Shown here: piece after piece, positions 35,514 to 49,939 of the stretch
Layout of the letters: every line of letters starts with the position of its first letter
Numbering within the stretch: position 1 is the first letter of the stretch
NCBI GenBank assembly: GCA_013239625.1
Contig: MU056000.1
Span: 12,971,175 to 13,035,174, forward strand
Source of the DNA: Lama guanicoe
Taxonomy: Eukaryota
DNA: 64,000 bases
Direction of reading: 5' to 3'
Notes under the pieces: model-generated
Told to the model about the DNA's origin: nothing
What the model saw: only the letters and a program-made list of their open reading frames with translations
Databases searched by the model: none
Program-made: the position numbers and the translations under genes

Positions 35514-36339
35514 AACTAGAGGAATGCCACACATTCTATCAAAACAGAGCAAACTGCCCACTTTGTGAGAAGTCAAGAGCCTGAAAGCAGGAGCAGATTA
35601 TCCTGCCCTATTTCCATGGCTCCTGTGAAACAGAATCCAAGAAGCAGATAAACCAAGCATTAGGAGAACAGAAAGAAAGATCACCCACTATTCTTATAAG
35701 AGACAAAAATCTTAAGGCTGGGATCCAAACTCAAGGACCATAACTTGCAAAGTGATCTTTTTAATCTTCCTTACTGAAACATGAAGTCTCAAGTATATAA
35801 AATGCTAGTCAACCCATTTGGGTTTTAATTGCCAAAGGGAAAAGCACTAAAGATGTGAGACAGAATTGCTGGTGATATTCCAACCCCTAGGGCAATTCTT
35901 AGGCCTCCAAACCACTGGGATGTTTTACTGGTTCTGAGTCTGGGAAGGAAATTCTTGCCAAAGTCACTCTGAGATGTGAGAATAGAAGTCAATAAAAAGG
36001 AAAGTGGAATTTCTCTCCCAAGTTCCCTCATCCCTTTTCCTGTACTTCCTGTGTGCAGTAAGGAGGTGGGCTCTCGCTCCACTGATGGAAATTTTTAGAC
36101 CAATGGCCACAGAAAGAATTTACCCTTTCCTTGTTTTACATAAATGTGTTTATTAAAGCAGTCTATCTTCCATTAATATTTCTATTTAGAAACTTGGGGG
36201 TGTTCATGACTTGGGATCATTAGCAGCCATACTTAACTATATTTTACAAATCTATTTAAAAACTATTTGCCCATAAATATTGAGGATGTCTGCTAATTGG
36301 ATTTCTATTAGATTATGGGTTTATGTAGAACTTTGTGGT

Positions 36340-36680
36340 CTTTTATTCATTTGTCCAGCAAACATTGGTCACCTCTTTTGTGCCAGGCACTGTTCTGGGC
36401 AACTCTGAATGTCAACGAACAAAATAAAAATCTCTCTGAGTGGAGCTTCTTACACTCTATTGAGGTGATGCGGATAATAGACAACAAACTTAGTAAATAA
36501 CTAAAGCTTAAATGTTAGAGATTGGAAAGTACTGGGAAAAATGGAAAAGAAATTGGAAAAAAACATGATAAGGAAGACTGGAATGTTACGTGTCCAGTAC
36601 CTTTTTAAATAGCATGATCAGAGTAGACCCCACTGGGCAGGTAACACTTGAGCAAACACTTAAAGGACCAGCCATGAAAG
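36340..36680 (-). mobile_element. L2 3' fragment
   Basis: attcatttgtccagcaaacattgg...tgtgccaggcactgttctgggc...ggagcttcttacactcta. Confidence 0.85.
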
Positions 36681-39539
36681 CAGGGCTGTCTGCTCCATTA
36701 CCACGGCTGCAGTGACACCTTAGTGGAAACCCTACCAATGCTGTTTCAGCATTTCAATTTTAGTTCTGAAGGGCTTCATAGGACTATCTCTCTTAAGGTT
36801 GTTTGAAAAGCTGCTATTGTATTTCTCAAGACACTTTAACAGTGATGGGAAGAAATCTAAATTAGTGCCTTCATTTTTTTTTTGAAAGAGGAATGTATAA
36901 CGTGTTGTATGGGAAACCAAAGGAATGATTTTATGTATCTTGACATAACTGAGCTTTGAAGATTTTCCACTATTGAACAATATGTAGTTTTTGATAATGC
37001 AAAGTATAACTGAGATGTAGAAAACCCATCTGAAGGACCCATTATTTCTTAATTAATAAAAAGGGAGGCTGGAATCCATTTGTCTGACTTGTATATTTAT
37101 CGAAGTTAATGCTGTAGAAGTATTAAATAACATACTTATATACCAGACTTGAGTAAGTTTGGCAGCTCTTGACAGTTGACACTGGGCTTTTAGTTATTTA
37201 ATGGGGCAATTGTAACTGGGAGCCCAGTTCCAATATTCTGGCATGGAGAGAGTGATGCTTCTGATCTGCCTATACCAGGACAAACAGAAATGACATATTC
37301 AGTGGAATGAAGGCTGTTGATGGCTTAGTTATGCCCTATAGGAAACAAATGCACGGGAATAGGGTATTATTGATAAACTCTGCACTATATCCTCTATGGT
37401 TCCTTGCTAGGTGTAAACTGCTTATATTCATACTGATATAAATTATTCGAATCCTCATTTGTTTGGAGAAGATGAGAAATGCTTGTAAATATTTGAGTGC
37501 TTTCCTCCGCCACCACCACCCAAAATTCTTGAGGATGTGAAACATATTTTCATCCCTTCAGTGAGAACCAATATCTATTTTCTGTATATGTTGATTTAGT
37601 AATGTGGATTAGTCAAGTTTGCATTACTCAAATGATGGTAAGATTATTCATATGCATAGCAAAATGGAGATAGATTATTAAGATGAGAACAAAGATAAGT
37701 GGTATTTCTGATTGTTGTTGTGTAAAACTCAAGCATCTGAAACTTCCATGGACTTTAATAAGCTTTTGCTTTCATTGTTACAGACACAATACATGTTTAA
37801 AACATAGATGGACAAGGCTGCCATGTTACACAACTTGATGGTGATGGGGAGCACCATAAAAATCATGGTAACTGTAAATGCATAATGGAATTGTGCAGTT
37901 TACAATACATGTGACTATATGTGATGATCTATGTCCAACTTATTACCATAACTGCATCTACACCCTCCTAAAGTTGTTCCAAATTTTTGCTTTTGATTTC
38001 CATTGCCTTGGTTTACATCGTTGATTATAAATTGGAGAATTTTCATTTTAATTTTTGGCTTATAGTCAAAAGTGTCTTTTTCACGAAAAAAAAAAACTTT
38101 GGGCTTGTTATAATTTATAGCCCTTCTACTTGTTTCAGAAGTATTAGTAAGAATTTGACACACAAATAAGAAGAAAATTAGAATGCCTTGGTTACAAATT
38201 AAAACAATGTGTAGCCTGGATATTTTATCATTAGCTTCCTGACTGTTTAGACACCAATTGGGTAGTAAATAAATGAAAAGTGATTTCAAAAGGAAAAAAA
38301 AAGTTAAATGCAGTTAGGTACGTGTGTGCACGTTATTTTAACAGAAAATGTAATAGCCTGTATTATTTTAAGTTTAAATTGGTCTTTAGATGGCAACGTG
38401 CAGAAAAATTTAATTACCCACATATAAGCAGAATGTAAATTACAAACTCATGGAAAAGAAACTGAAATGGTTTCACCCCATTCCCCACTCCATCCCTTGT
38501 GTAACCCTGGACATGCATTTGTGCATGTCCACAGAACACATGTGACAGATGGGGAGGCAAAAATTGATGAATGCTGGTAATAACAGAAATGGAAGGCCTT
38601 ACTCCCTTGGGTTGCCCCCGCCTCCCTTAAGAACCCAGAATGAGTCATACTCACTGTATCTGTTTGCATTTGTAATCCCCTAGATAAAATGTTGTAGCTC
38701 TGTCTTTCTTGCTATGGTGAAATCATGCAATAGCTGTGTGTATATATACTTGTATGTACATTATATATGATAAAATCTTTATATATACATAATATTCTAT
38801 TATACATATTATGAAACGTTTATAGAATTTTTTTTACTTGCAAGAAAAGTCTGTTACCTAAATCCTGCAGCTAGCCTTGGGATTTCAGTCATAAAACCTA
38901 ATTATTTCTTTCTGAATAATTATTTCTTTCCAAGCATATAGAGCACATTTGACCCTACCTTCATGCTTATATCACCAGATGGCTCATAAATAAATCATTA
39001 TAGGGTTCAAGATTCTGGGTTTTTAAATATTAGGTTATTTCATTTGCCCTACATTTTTACTTCTTGGGTGTGACTTTGAGAAGATAAACTCATGTAATAT
39101 TAACGAAAGTTTAAAATTTAAAAATCTCCCTTAAAAGTAACACAATGTACTGGATATATTATTGTACATGTTACTCTTCAATAGAGATCTTATACATTGT
39201 AATTTGAAATCAAAGACATTAAAATAATTACATGCTTTGTGAAAATGTGTGGATTCTTATTCGAACGTATTTGTCATTTTCTTTACATTTGTATTTCCTC
39301 ATGTAAATCTCTATCTTGTACATAATTGAAAACTTGTAAAAAATAGAATATAGAAAGACAATAAATTTTCATCACTTTTTCATTATAATACATATTATTT
39401 CAAACACCAACACAGAGTTAATTTCTACAGACATCTTTACAAAGCTGCTTTTGTACAGTAAGTAAATAATATATTCAATAAAAGTCTGATATTCTGCCAG
39501 ATTTGTTTGTAACTTCTTAAATTCACATGTGATTTGCTT

Positions 39540-40720
39540 GACACTGAGGGTACTTTTTTCAAATCAGTGGAGCAGGGTTGTGTTCAAAGTATGTCTTGAT
39601 TATTATTTTGGGTCTGTGACCTTTGGCAAATTAAATATTTCCTTTAGTTTATGCTTTTTCACATGTTAAATGGAAGTACTAAAACCTAAAGTCTGTGCTC
39701 TGAGTTTTAAACAAGTACATTTATAAGGCTGGTATAGCACCCGTTGCATAGTTGTAAATATTTATTCCTTCCCTGCTGTCTCTATAGAGTAGGACTATTG
39801 GATTTAATTTACGGAGTTGTTGTTTATAATAAGATTATCTATAAAGGTAATTAAAACTGTGCCTTGTGCTAAATAAATGATACTTTCTCCTGCTCTTTCT
39901 TTTATATTTTCCAGGTAAAACCTCTCTCGTTTTTAAAATTCAGTTAGGATGCTGTTCCCTCCCACAAATTTCCCTAGGTTAACATCTTTAGTTAAAGAAT
40001 TACATATTCCTCTTTTTGTACTCACATAGAAATGTGCATGAATTTCTGTGAGAATATTAGGTATATTATACCATATGTATTTGTTTATCCATTCATATAT
40101 ATATATATTCATTCAAATATATGCTTTCACTTTAAGATTTTATATAACATTTCTTTTTTTCCTTGTATTTAAATGTTCTCAGAACTAGCCTTAATTCCTA
40201 GGTTTTAAATCCATTTCTCTTTCTTATTTCAGAGATGGATAGTATAATAGATTTTTTTCTCCTAAAAAAGTACTATGGAATCCATAAGATCTTGATGTTT
40301 AACAAACACCTTTTTCTGTAAGACATATCAAATTGCACAATGTAAAATTTCCTGCGGTTAGCAATACAGAAAGTCTAGATATAATCAAGTTATTCATCAT
40401 AGTATTTCCTGAATTCACCCTATATTCTGATATAAAATAAGACACCATGGAGCTTATATCCTAGTATATAAAATTTGCTTAGTCAAATAATCATGTATGT
40501 GAAAGATAAGTACCACAAAGTAAAGGTATGTGATATTGTACCATAAAAGGAGGACTTGATCTAATTAAGGCAGTATAAGGGAGGTTTTGAAGGAAGTGAG
40601 GACTGAACTAAGTTTGAAGCATTAGCAGTACTTTGTGAGATGGAATAGAAGCAAAGAGACTTTATAGGCACATGTAACAGTTTGTACAAAATTCTGCAGT
40701 GGAGAAATAGATAACAAATG
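39540..40720. mobile_element. Cluster of MIR and L2 relics
   Basis: MIR core tctgtgacctttggcaaatt (~39615); L2 plus-strand piece ~39900-40200; L2 minus-strand piece ~40400-40720 (ccatggagcttatatcctagt). Confidence 0.55.
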
Positions 40721-40729
40721 CAGGGTGAT

Positions 40730-42683
40730 GCTTGTATCTTCTGTTCTGGTGGGATGTGCTTGTTCTCTCAACCATCTTTCTCAGTGTGGGGGAGTTTCAG
40801 AGGCTTCAGCTTAGTTTTTTTCTAATGAGAAACTTCCATCCTACAGGCCAAAAACCAACATAGGAATTCTGCCAACTCCCCAGTAAGTCTATTCCAACAA
40901 TTAATTGGCAGGGAGAGATATTGCCACCGGGGACATCCATAATCCCGGTAAACCACGTTGAGTGGACGAACATCAGGACTTTATTACTTGTCCTCCATAT
41001 GTCCCCACTTTAATAGGGGGTTCGTGATGAGGCTGTGAATCCCGGAGAATCTATATCACCTTCTATCCATGTTCGGTTGTCCTTAAAATATCTTTCCCCC
41101 TCTGTACTATTATTCTAGCTAGTCACCATAGATCCGTTTGGGAAAAGACTGGGCCATTAGTACACACACTCGCTCTAGTGTTGTGGGGTCCTTTGCCCGG
41201 GGACATGACACTCCTTTACATAATGGGCTTTAGTTCTAAAAATTGGTCTAGGTTCAGAAACTAGGCAAAGGATCATAGCATTACAATGGCAACTGTAACC
41301 AGCTTCCTGGTCATCTTTTCCACCTCTCCATTGCTACTGGGGTGCTCATTTCTATACAGAATCTCCCACCATCAGACCACCTCCCAGTGATACGTTTCCC
41401 TACCACCAGTGGACCCTTATGACTTTAGGTAGCTGGTGGACTTCCTGGCCTTACACAGAATAAGAACTCTATCATGTCCAAGTCCCTAAACCTTTTGACC
41501 ATTTCTTCTGTTGTTGCCCATGATAGTTCAGACACTTCTTTTTAAACATTTTTTATTGATTTATAATCATTTTACAATGTTGTGTCAAATTCCAGTGCAG
41601 ACCACAATTTTTCAGTTATACATGAACATATATATACATATTCATTGTCACACTTTTTTCTCTGTGAACTACCATAAGATCTTGTATATATTTCCCTGTG
41701 CTATAAAGTCAGACACTTTTATTTCACTAAGTTTTGGTTATCACTTTCTTTAAGCTTCTTCAACCCATCCTGGTAGCATATTTACTCTATCTCTCAGGGT
41801 TCTCGTCAAGATTTTAGATGCTGCATCCCAGAAGAATGTTATTGATTCAGTAAACTCTTCCTTGTCCAACTTTACTTTCCACCCCTAATTGATCCAGCAC
41901 CCTTAAGATTCAGTCCAATACACACTAGCCAGTCTCCTCTGACACGTCTTGCTTAGGTCCTGTAGCTCCTTCTGCATATATTTTCTTTTCTCCCTAGAAA
42001 GGTCTAGACCTTCTCAACCCCGGGTATGTCATGAACATATGAAGAAATGTGGGGGCAAATATTGAGGGAAGTCTTGTTTTCTTGCAAGGAAGCGTCTTCT
42101 GCATCATTTTCAGAGACAAGAGCACTCACTATCCCTCAGTAGGTGGGTTTGGTGGATGCACTGTTTTCAAGGGCATTCATTCTGACATCACCATCCTCTG
42201 TACCAGGGTCCCAGTCTTTCTATCACAGTCTTGACTTCAACATAGTGGACCTGCCTAGTTTGAGACTTTGTCCTTATTTGGAACTTTTATGGTTAACTTC
42301 TATGGCTTTTCTTTAGCTTTCTTTGCTTTCCAGCTTCAGAAGATGAGATATGCTGAAAGGAGGACCTCTGATTTTCACACTTGTCTTTATCAAAGCATAA
42401 TTAATCACCCTGAACACGAACCATCCAATTCCACTGTATTATACTTACTCTTTCCACTGTATTTGTCACTACAGTTACTAGGGCAATTCAGTCACAGGTA
42501 TACAACCCCAGCTCACCACTAATAAAAGCTGAACAGTTACACTTCAGTCTGCCAGGGACTCATGCTCCACATGTGACCAGTGATGAGGCCCTCATTGCCA
42601 ACTGGGTAGTGCCAATGCTGGGTAATCCAGCTCTAATATCCCATTGTAACATCTACTTTATTGGACCGAATCTGGTACAAACT
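40730..42683 (-). mobile_element. ERVL internal region (ERV3-16A3-like): decayed gag/pro remnant
   Basis: Minus-strand peptides HHEPPIKVGTYGGQVIK and IVGIDLLGSWQNSYVG resemble ERV-L protease (HCGPPVRVGAYGGQVI; IIGIDILSSWQNPHIG). A degenerate tRNA-Leu PBS-like ttgtaccagattcgg abuts the LTR. Confidence 0.85.
41538..41708 (-). mobile_element. Young camelid-type L1 3' end inserted in the ERVL
   Basis: Closely similar to 3175-3340. TSD tcagacactt at 41528-41537 and 41709-41718. Confidence 0.93.
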
Positions 42684-43110
42684 ATTGCAGGTCAGACTCC
42701 CTTGAGACGTGGATTACTGAGTGCAGGAAACTTATGCGGTAGTATTCTCAGCTTTAATACTTCTTGAGGAAAGGAAAGAAAGCAGGGTGTGGCAGAAGGA
42801 GAATTAAGACGTCAATGCCATCACAATTAAGTCGTGCATCACCCACAGTAAACTCCAAAATCGGATTCACCCTTTTCAGGGCTCTGGAGTTTGGGAGAAG
42901 GGACAAGGCTTTACTATCTCACACTGGCTGATCATTACATGTGGGCTGCCCCCTGGAGGAAGGAATAAGCTTGGGCGTGACACCCTCTTCAACAGAGGGC
43001 AAGTCCTGGAGGAGAGGGACAGCTGAGGACAGTCTGCAGCAGCAGTCTCAGTGTCTGAAGAGGTAGTCCTTCAGTCCTGAAAAAGGATCTGTGCAGTGTA
43101 GCTAAGAGAC
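42684..43110 (-). mobile_element. LTR16A-like 5' LTR of the ERVL provirus
   Basis: tattgcaggtcag...gagtgcagga...gaaagcagggtgtggcagaaggaga...tgtgggctgcccc...cttcagtcctgaa..ggatctg matches the reverse complement of LTR16A. Confidence 0.85.
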
Positions 43111-45689
43111 AATAGCTCAGGACACACTGTAAGAGGATAATGGAACCAAATGATGAGCTCAGCCTCTACCGGTGCAGAAGCAAGAATATTCATTACATCT
43201 GGACCAATATTTTTCACTAGATTAAAAGTAAAAGTAAAGAGTATTTGGGTACATATTCATTTTTCTTATATCTAAATCTCATAGTGCCGTATTCAACAAA
43301 TTGTTTTATTGATTTCACATTAAATTAAATTATAATATCCTCAAACTATTGTATATGTGTAATGTATACAATACATATTATATATGCAATACAAAATATT
43401 ATATAATTCAAAACATCATGTGGGTAAGTTGACCCTACCTGTTGCAGTAAATATTTTGTAACTCAAATTGGCAAAACAGATAAGCAATAAATGGAGGATT
43501 TTATGAGTCTTATTATTGCCTGATAATATCTCAAATTGAAAGAAAAACAAAACAAAATTATTAAGTAATTACAGGAGAAGAGATTAATCTCATTTCATAT
43601 CTCTTGTCAAAGAAAAAGGAAAATGAAAGAAAAAAACTGTTTTTTCTTTCTTTAAGATTTTTGCAGTGAGAATAAACACAGACTTTCTGGCTCTATATAA
43701 GATATCACCTTATAATCCAACTATTATAAAATATTCTGATAGTATACATAGAGAATGATTTTAATTAAGTTCTTCAGCTGAATTTGTTGCTTTGGATCCT
43801 AGGAGATTGGAAAAAGAACTTGAATCTTAAGGCTCTATCGTAATTGAACGTTGACCTTCACAAAGAGAACGAAGGTGAAATGTGGTTCATATTCTTTCAT
43901 CAAAATTGAAAAATCAAATTTGCCTCTCCTCTCTAGAGTAGCATGAAATTCTATAAAATAGACACAAGAAGTCAAGCAGAACTGGAACCTAGTATTTCAT
44001 TACACTAACCAATGCAAAGTAAGATTATATTTAAGGATCAAAAGCAGAAGAAGACGTGCATGGCTGCTGTCTGTGGAAGATTAGTTGCTGAGAGCACTGA
44101 AGACGATTTGAGATCGCTGTGTGAACGTGGGCTTGAAATGCTAGGAACGTACATTTTACCATGGCTAGATATATGTCCGCAATTTTTTTCAGAAATGTGA
44201 GTTTATATTCAGAATTTATATTTTTATCTCTACACATATATTTCTACTTTAGAAATAAAATTAGGTAGGTTTTGGAATGGTGACAGTTTAATGTATTATT
44301 CTTCGGCTAGAGACTATGTGTTGTTCAAATAGGTTCTGCTACCTAAACTACGAAAATGCATTGGCAAGCCGTGGCAGGAACATGGCAAAGAGATGGAATG
44401 GGAGAGTGGAGACCATCTGAAGCTTGAACGTAGATATAACCTCAAGTGGAATTTCCTGTTGAATTTAGCGATGGTTCATTGCTTCAGCCTGTATATTGTT
44501 TATGTGAAACTGGAGCTAAATAAACCAATCCATGACCTGATTTATCTGCCAAATGGATTGAGCATTTATTCTCTCTGCCTCAAAAGCTTGTCATTTCAGT
44601 TGAGCCTTGCAGATGGTACATCCATTTCCCCGAAACTGAGCCACTTTAGAGCAGCTTGCCAACATTTCCTGTTATTTAAAGTTCACCCTCAAAGTACACA
44701 CAGCCACGTGTCACTTTCTCAGCCAATACGCCACAGTATCGATGTGACATCTATTTGTCTTTCAGGCCACCAGAGCAGAGCTGGAGGCTTCGTCATCAAC
44801 CATTTCTCTGAAGCTCACTATGAGAAAATTACAGTGTCAAGAAATCTACTTATATTTTTGAGAAATGACTTTATACCAGAAATCTAGAGAATCTTTGTGA
44901 ACGCATTTGACGGTAAATATGGGATGAGAGTTTGTTGACATTTTTCTAAAATAGTTTATATGTTCAAGTGCAACATTAAAAATGTAGCTTTTGCTTCACC
45001 CAGATGCTTTGAGGTGGAATACTATTTTTTTTATTATAAAACAGAGCTATGTGTCCTAAAACATAAGCAAGTAAGGCGTATTTGCACTGATGTCAAACAC
45101 TTGAAAGCATTTGGTGCTTTGATGATATTTTATTTTATTATATGGAGAATGAGAATATATTGTGTAGAGTAGAACACGACTGCTTTTTTAAGTAGAGGAA
45201 GAAATTTATGTGATATTCGAGAACTTAAGTCTAATTACATTTATATGGTTCTCATTTTCAAAACCTCCAACTCTTGAAATTCTAAAAGTCAGTGTTTCAT
45301 TCCTATATTGAAATGAGTAATATTTTTTGCTGAAATATTATCAAATGTGTATTTCTACAGTTTAGGAATGAGTACTTTTCTCAAGCTGCTTCAATGCGAG
45401 TAACTTGGTATTAACAAATACTTTGAAAAGGTATTTAAATATGAGATACTCATATCAGGGAGCTAGGTTGGGCCATCAATATAAAGGATCAGATAGTGAC
45501 CAGACAGCCTACTACTGGAAATATTAAAGCTTATTGTTCACTGGTATGATAGCAACAAGAAAATGAGTTTAATTACTGAATAAATTTGATCAGCCTCCAA
45601 AGGTATCAGACTGACAGAATAGTACTCCTTTCTACATGTAAATACTATGTATTCAACTCTCATCTATTCATGATGACTAGTAGTCAGTC

Positions 45690-47220
45690 AAAACTTATGA
45701 GACACATAGAAAAGCAGAACAAATGACCCTTTTCTCAAGGGATACAGGAAATGGCATAACAAGATTCAAAAAAGATACAGATATTGAAGCTATTAGGGGG
45801 ATTTTTAAAATAGCAACCATTGATATGTTAAAGGATCTAGTAGAAATGGTAGACAGCATGCACACATGGATGGTGAATTTCAGCCGAGACAGGAAATGTT
45901 AAAAATGCTAGAACAAAAGGATATAATATCAGAGATGAAAAATTCCTTTAAAAAGCTTTAAAAAAAATGCTGAACTTGAAAATAGTTCACTAGAAATTAT
46001 CCAAAATCAAGTGCTGAGGAAGAAAATGAAAAACCAGTAAAACATACAAAATATGTGAGAAAATATTAACATTTCTAATGTGGAAGTAATTGAAGTCCAA
46101 GAAAATAAGGGAGAAAGAATGTATGAGAAGAAAAAGGGAGGCTTTGAAGAAATAATGACACAGACTTTCCACAATTAGTGAAAGACAACAACTAAAAGTC
46201 CAACAAACTGAGGAAACCCCAAGCAATATGTGCAAAAACTTAACGTTAATCCAATTTACATCTGTACAAAAACCAATAACTCAGAATACATTATAGCTCT
46301 AAATGTACAGTCTGAAGCTATGCAACATACAAAATGAAATTATTATAAATAAGTAATAAGAAAAGTATCCCATTTTAAAAAATGAGCAGAGAATTTGAGC
46401 ATACTCTCTCCTAAGATATGAATGAAAAATAAGCACACAAAGTAATGCTCAACATTATTAGCCATTAGGAAAATATAAACCCTATCAAATAGCATACACA
46501 TATACTAAAACCACCACAATTAAGAAATCAGATCACAAAAAGGCTGGCCAGCAGGCAAAGCAACTGGAACTCTCTCAACTTGAAAATATAAAATAATACA
46601 TCTACTTTGGAAAACAGCTTGTCAATTTCTCATGAATTTAAACCTTCACCCTATTGTATGATCTTAAAATATCTCTTCTAGCTATTTATCCAAGAGAAAT
46701 GAAAACAAATATCCACACAAAAATCTGCATGCAACTCAATATCGGAACTTTATTATTGTGTATGGGAGCCCAAGTTGAAGACAACTTAAGTGACCATCAG
46801 CTATTGAGTGGATCAACAAATCATGGCACCTCTGTGCATTGGAATGCTCAGCAATTAAAAAAAATAATGAACTACAGGTAGATATATGCAACAGCAGGGA
46901 TGAGTCTCAAAAGATTACTGCTAAGTAAAGAATACTAGAAATACACACACGAAACAATTCCATTTACACAGCATTAAAGAAAGACAAAACAGTAGAAGCA
47001 GAAATCAGACAACTCTTTTCCAGGAGCTAAGGCTGGGAGTAGGAGAAGGGCTGAAAGAGGCAGCAGGAATCTTTTTGTGGCGATGGAAATGTTCTGTAAC
47101 TTAATGGTGGTAGTAGTTACATAACTGTATATATTTGTCAAAACTTGTCAAATCATACATTTAAAAGGAAAGGAATTGACTGTATTTAAGTTGTTACTCA
47201 ATACACTGGACTTAATAAGT
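45690..47220 (+). mobile_element. Old L1MD/L1ME: ORF1 remnant joined to the ORF2 end and 3'UTR
   Basis: ORF1-like atatgttaaaggatctagtagaaatggtagacagcatgca; 3' part ctttggaaaacag...ccaagagaaatgaaaacaaatatccacacaaaa...gatggaaatgttctgta. Most of ORF2 is absent. Confidence 0.8.
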
Positions 47221-47739
47221 GAACCGAGTGAATATTTATGGCTTTCATTCTGAGCAAAATTGTAATGTACTTCCAATGTAGTTGCACTGAACTTTATTTG
47301 TAAGAAAGTAAAAATAATAATCTACATCAGTTCCACAATAATAGCTACTTATAGAGGAGGAGGTAAGGGGTCTAAAGAAGAAAACTTAGAGTGCTTAAAT
47401 TTTCTATGACATTTTATTTATCAAGAAAACATCAGTGAGAAATGTACTCAATTTGTTATTTTTTGACTACAGATAAATGTATTAGATGATTCACTACACT
47501 TCTTTCTACACTATTTTCTTTTTCCCAAGAAATCAAGTGAAATTTAGTTTGGTCTTGTGACCAGGAAGATTCTAACAATACGATCTCTTTTCTGATAGAT
47601 TGGACACAAAATAGAAGTAAAACAAAACAACAAAGAATATATTTCTGGTTTTGAGCCTCATTCTCTTTTTCCCAGATGTGCTTTATTTTAGCTTATATTT
47701 AACTAAACTTTTTTAAAAAGAGGAGCAAATAATGATACA

Positions 47740-48642
47740 TACTGACCACCTGCTCACAAACCTGTTTCCTTTGCTGCCTGGCTACACATCTGTGTTATAT
47801 GTTCCAGTCTCCACAGACGTGGATGTATTCACTTAATGATTTTCCAGAACCGCAGGGGTTCACACTACTTTTAAGCCTAGTCCATGTAGACATCTCTGAG
47901 TTCTCATCTTTCATGCTATTTTACCCTCTTCCATATTAATTTAGCCAAGCTCTGTGACCTTGTGTACAGGGTTGAATAACATACCTCAGAATTTATGTCC
48001 ATCCGCAACCTGTTAACATGACCTTATTCGGAAATAAGATCTTTGCAGATGTAAACAAGTTAAGATGAAATCCTAGTGGATAACGGTGGTCCATTAGTCC
48101 AACAGAACTGGTGTCTTTATGTAAGGACTGTAATCTTCATAAGAAGAGGGAAATTTGGATACAAACATGTACAGGGAGAATACCACGTGATGACAGAGGC
48201 AGAGATTGGAGTGGCGTACTTACAGACAAAGAACTCCTAAGGCTGCCAGGAACCACCCAAAGGTAGAAAGGGGCAAGGAAAGATCCCTCCTTAGAGTTTT
48301 CAGAGAGAAAGCATGGCCTTGCCAATACCTTGATTTGAGACTTCTAACCTCTAGAAATGTGAGGGAATAAACTGATGTTGCTTCAAAGCCACCCAGTGTG
48401 CGGTAATCTGTTACCGCAGCCTTGGGGAACAAATGTATTTTGGGAACTACATGTTAAAGACAGCAGCCCCAAAAGACATAAGGAAACTGGGTCTTTAAAT
48501 TAGTGCTTCCAAGACAGCAGACCCTAATAAGAAATTACATTTTAGGATTTCAAGTATGTAGAGGAGAAATAAAATTTACTGTTAAGCTACTGAAATTGGT
48601 GGCTTTGTTTGTTGCAGGAGCTACTGCAGGTCTAAATAATAT
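47740..48642 (+). mobile_element. MLT1H-like LTR interrupted by MLT1C
   Basis: 5' piece 47740-47962 and 3' piece 48438-48642 (gagaaataaaatttactgttaagctactgaaattggtggctttgtttgttgcag). Confidence 0.6.
47963..48437 (+). mobile_element. MLT1C-type MaLR solo LTR
   Basis: tgtacagggttgaata...gaccttattcggaaataagatctttgcagatgtaa...gaggcagagattggagtg...aagccacccagtgtgcggtaatctgttaccgcagcc. Confidence 0.9.
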
Positions 48643-49939
48643 GTTTAAGCTCAGGAAAAGACAGTGCTATGGAAATCAACGTCATTCTCCGTGAGAATAT
48701 GTTCCCTCCCCACCTCAATTATCCCAATAGGCAGGTAAGCTGAGGGCGTGAATATTTCCCGGCACCAAACATTCCTTAATTCCTATTTGAAAGTCAACAA
48801 AATATACAATTTTTTAAAAATCTTATCTTAAATCTCCATATGCTAAAAGCTTGGAATAGTTCTGTTAAATACATCTGTAAGTCTTGAACTGAAGGAAATA
48901 GTTGATCTGTGCATGCGAGAAAAAGAGAAACAGACAGACAGAGAGATTCAGATAATGTGGCGGGATCCTTGTAGATTTCTCAAGTCACAGTCATCTCCTG
49001 GTTACACCCTCCACATCCTCTAACTCAGAAGAACAAGGGCTGCTCTGGGTTGCGGGGCTGGGGGCTGGGAGCAGTGGCATAAAGACAGACTGAGAAGCCC
49101 GCCTCTTAGTCTACCCGAAGGGTCTACAAATCAATGGTGTGAGTAATGCGTCTGCAGTTTTGACAGAGCCATACATTTCCTCCTAAACACACAAAATGCA
49201 GAAATATCATCACCCAGCTTCTTTCAATCGGAAATGAAATTAACCTTCATAAAAAATCTGGAGAGAAAACTGTACACTTGCTAATAATACCCGACTGAAC
49301 CTCCAGCGAACTAGAGTTTGGCATTGAGGATCATTGCACTTTTTAAGACAGACAGGAAAACAATGGCAGCACAACATAGGGTTCATGCTTTTGTTCAATC
49401 AAAACTAGGAGGGGACGTGGTCAGGTTCGAATTAGGTGATACCAAAGCAACTCCCTTATGTATATGCGGTGTGTTTTGCCATCTCCTCCTCTCCTAAATA
49501 ATTGCACGTGCGTGTGCGCTGTGACTGTTGACTTATATCTGGAAAATAAACAGAGAATAAAATTTAAAATAACCTGAAGCATATCATATCCAGAAGTTAT
49601 TTTAATTCCCACAGACCCTTTATCAATTTTAGGATTAATAGGCAAAGATCACTCAAATTTTTATCAAAGTCCTTCAAGCAATATTATCAGTGTATTAATG
49701 TCATTTAATATTGCAAAAGTCATTCAAAACTTTTGGGCTGAAATTGTTGATAATTATATGCTACTCATAAGGCTCTCTCTGAGACAGGGACCCAAATCAT
49801 ACCTTCGGCAGCTCTTGATAATGAACCATGAATCTTCTGATAGCTAAATATAAGACATTAGTCATCTTTGTATGATCCTTCTCTCCTTACCTAAATCTTT
49901 TTAGCCATCACATTTATACTTTTTTACTTACAACGTGTT

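Noticed and set aside
39883..39920. Recursive splice site-like motif (pyrimidine tract, CAG|GTAAAA)
   Set aside because: Weak donor, located within an L2 relic, and no host gene is known.
44393..44887. Longest non-L1 ORF (164 aa)
   Set aside because: No recognisable domain or coding-like composition; compatible with chance in 64 kb. The nearby CCACGTG/CCAAT pair does not have ERSE (CCAAT-N9-CCACG) geometry.
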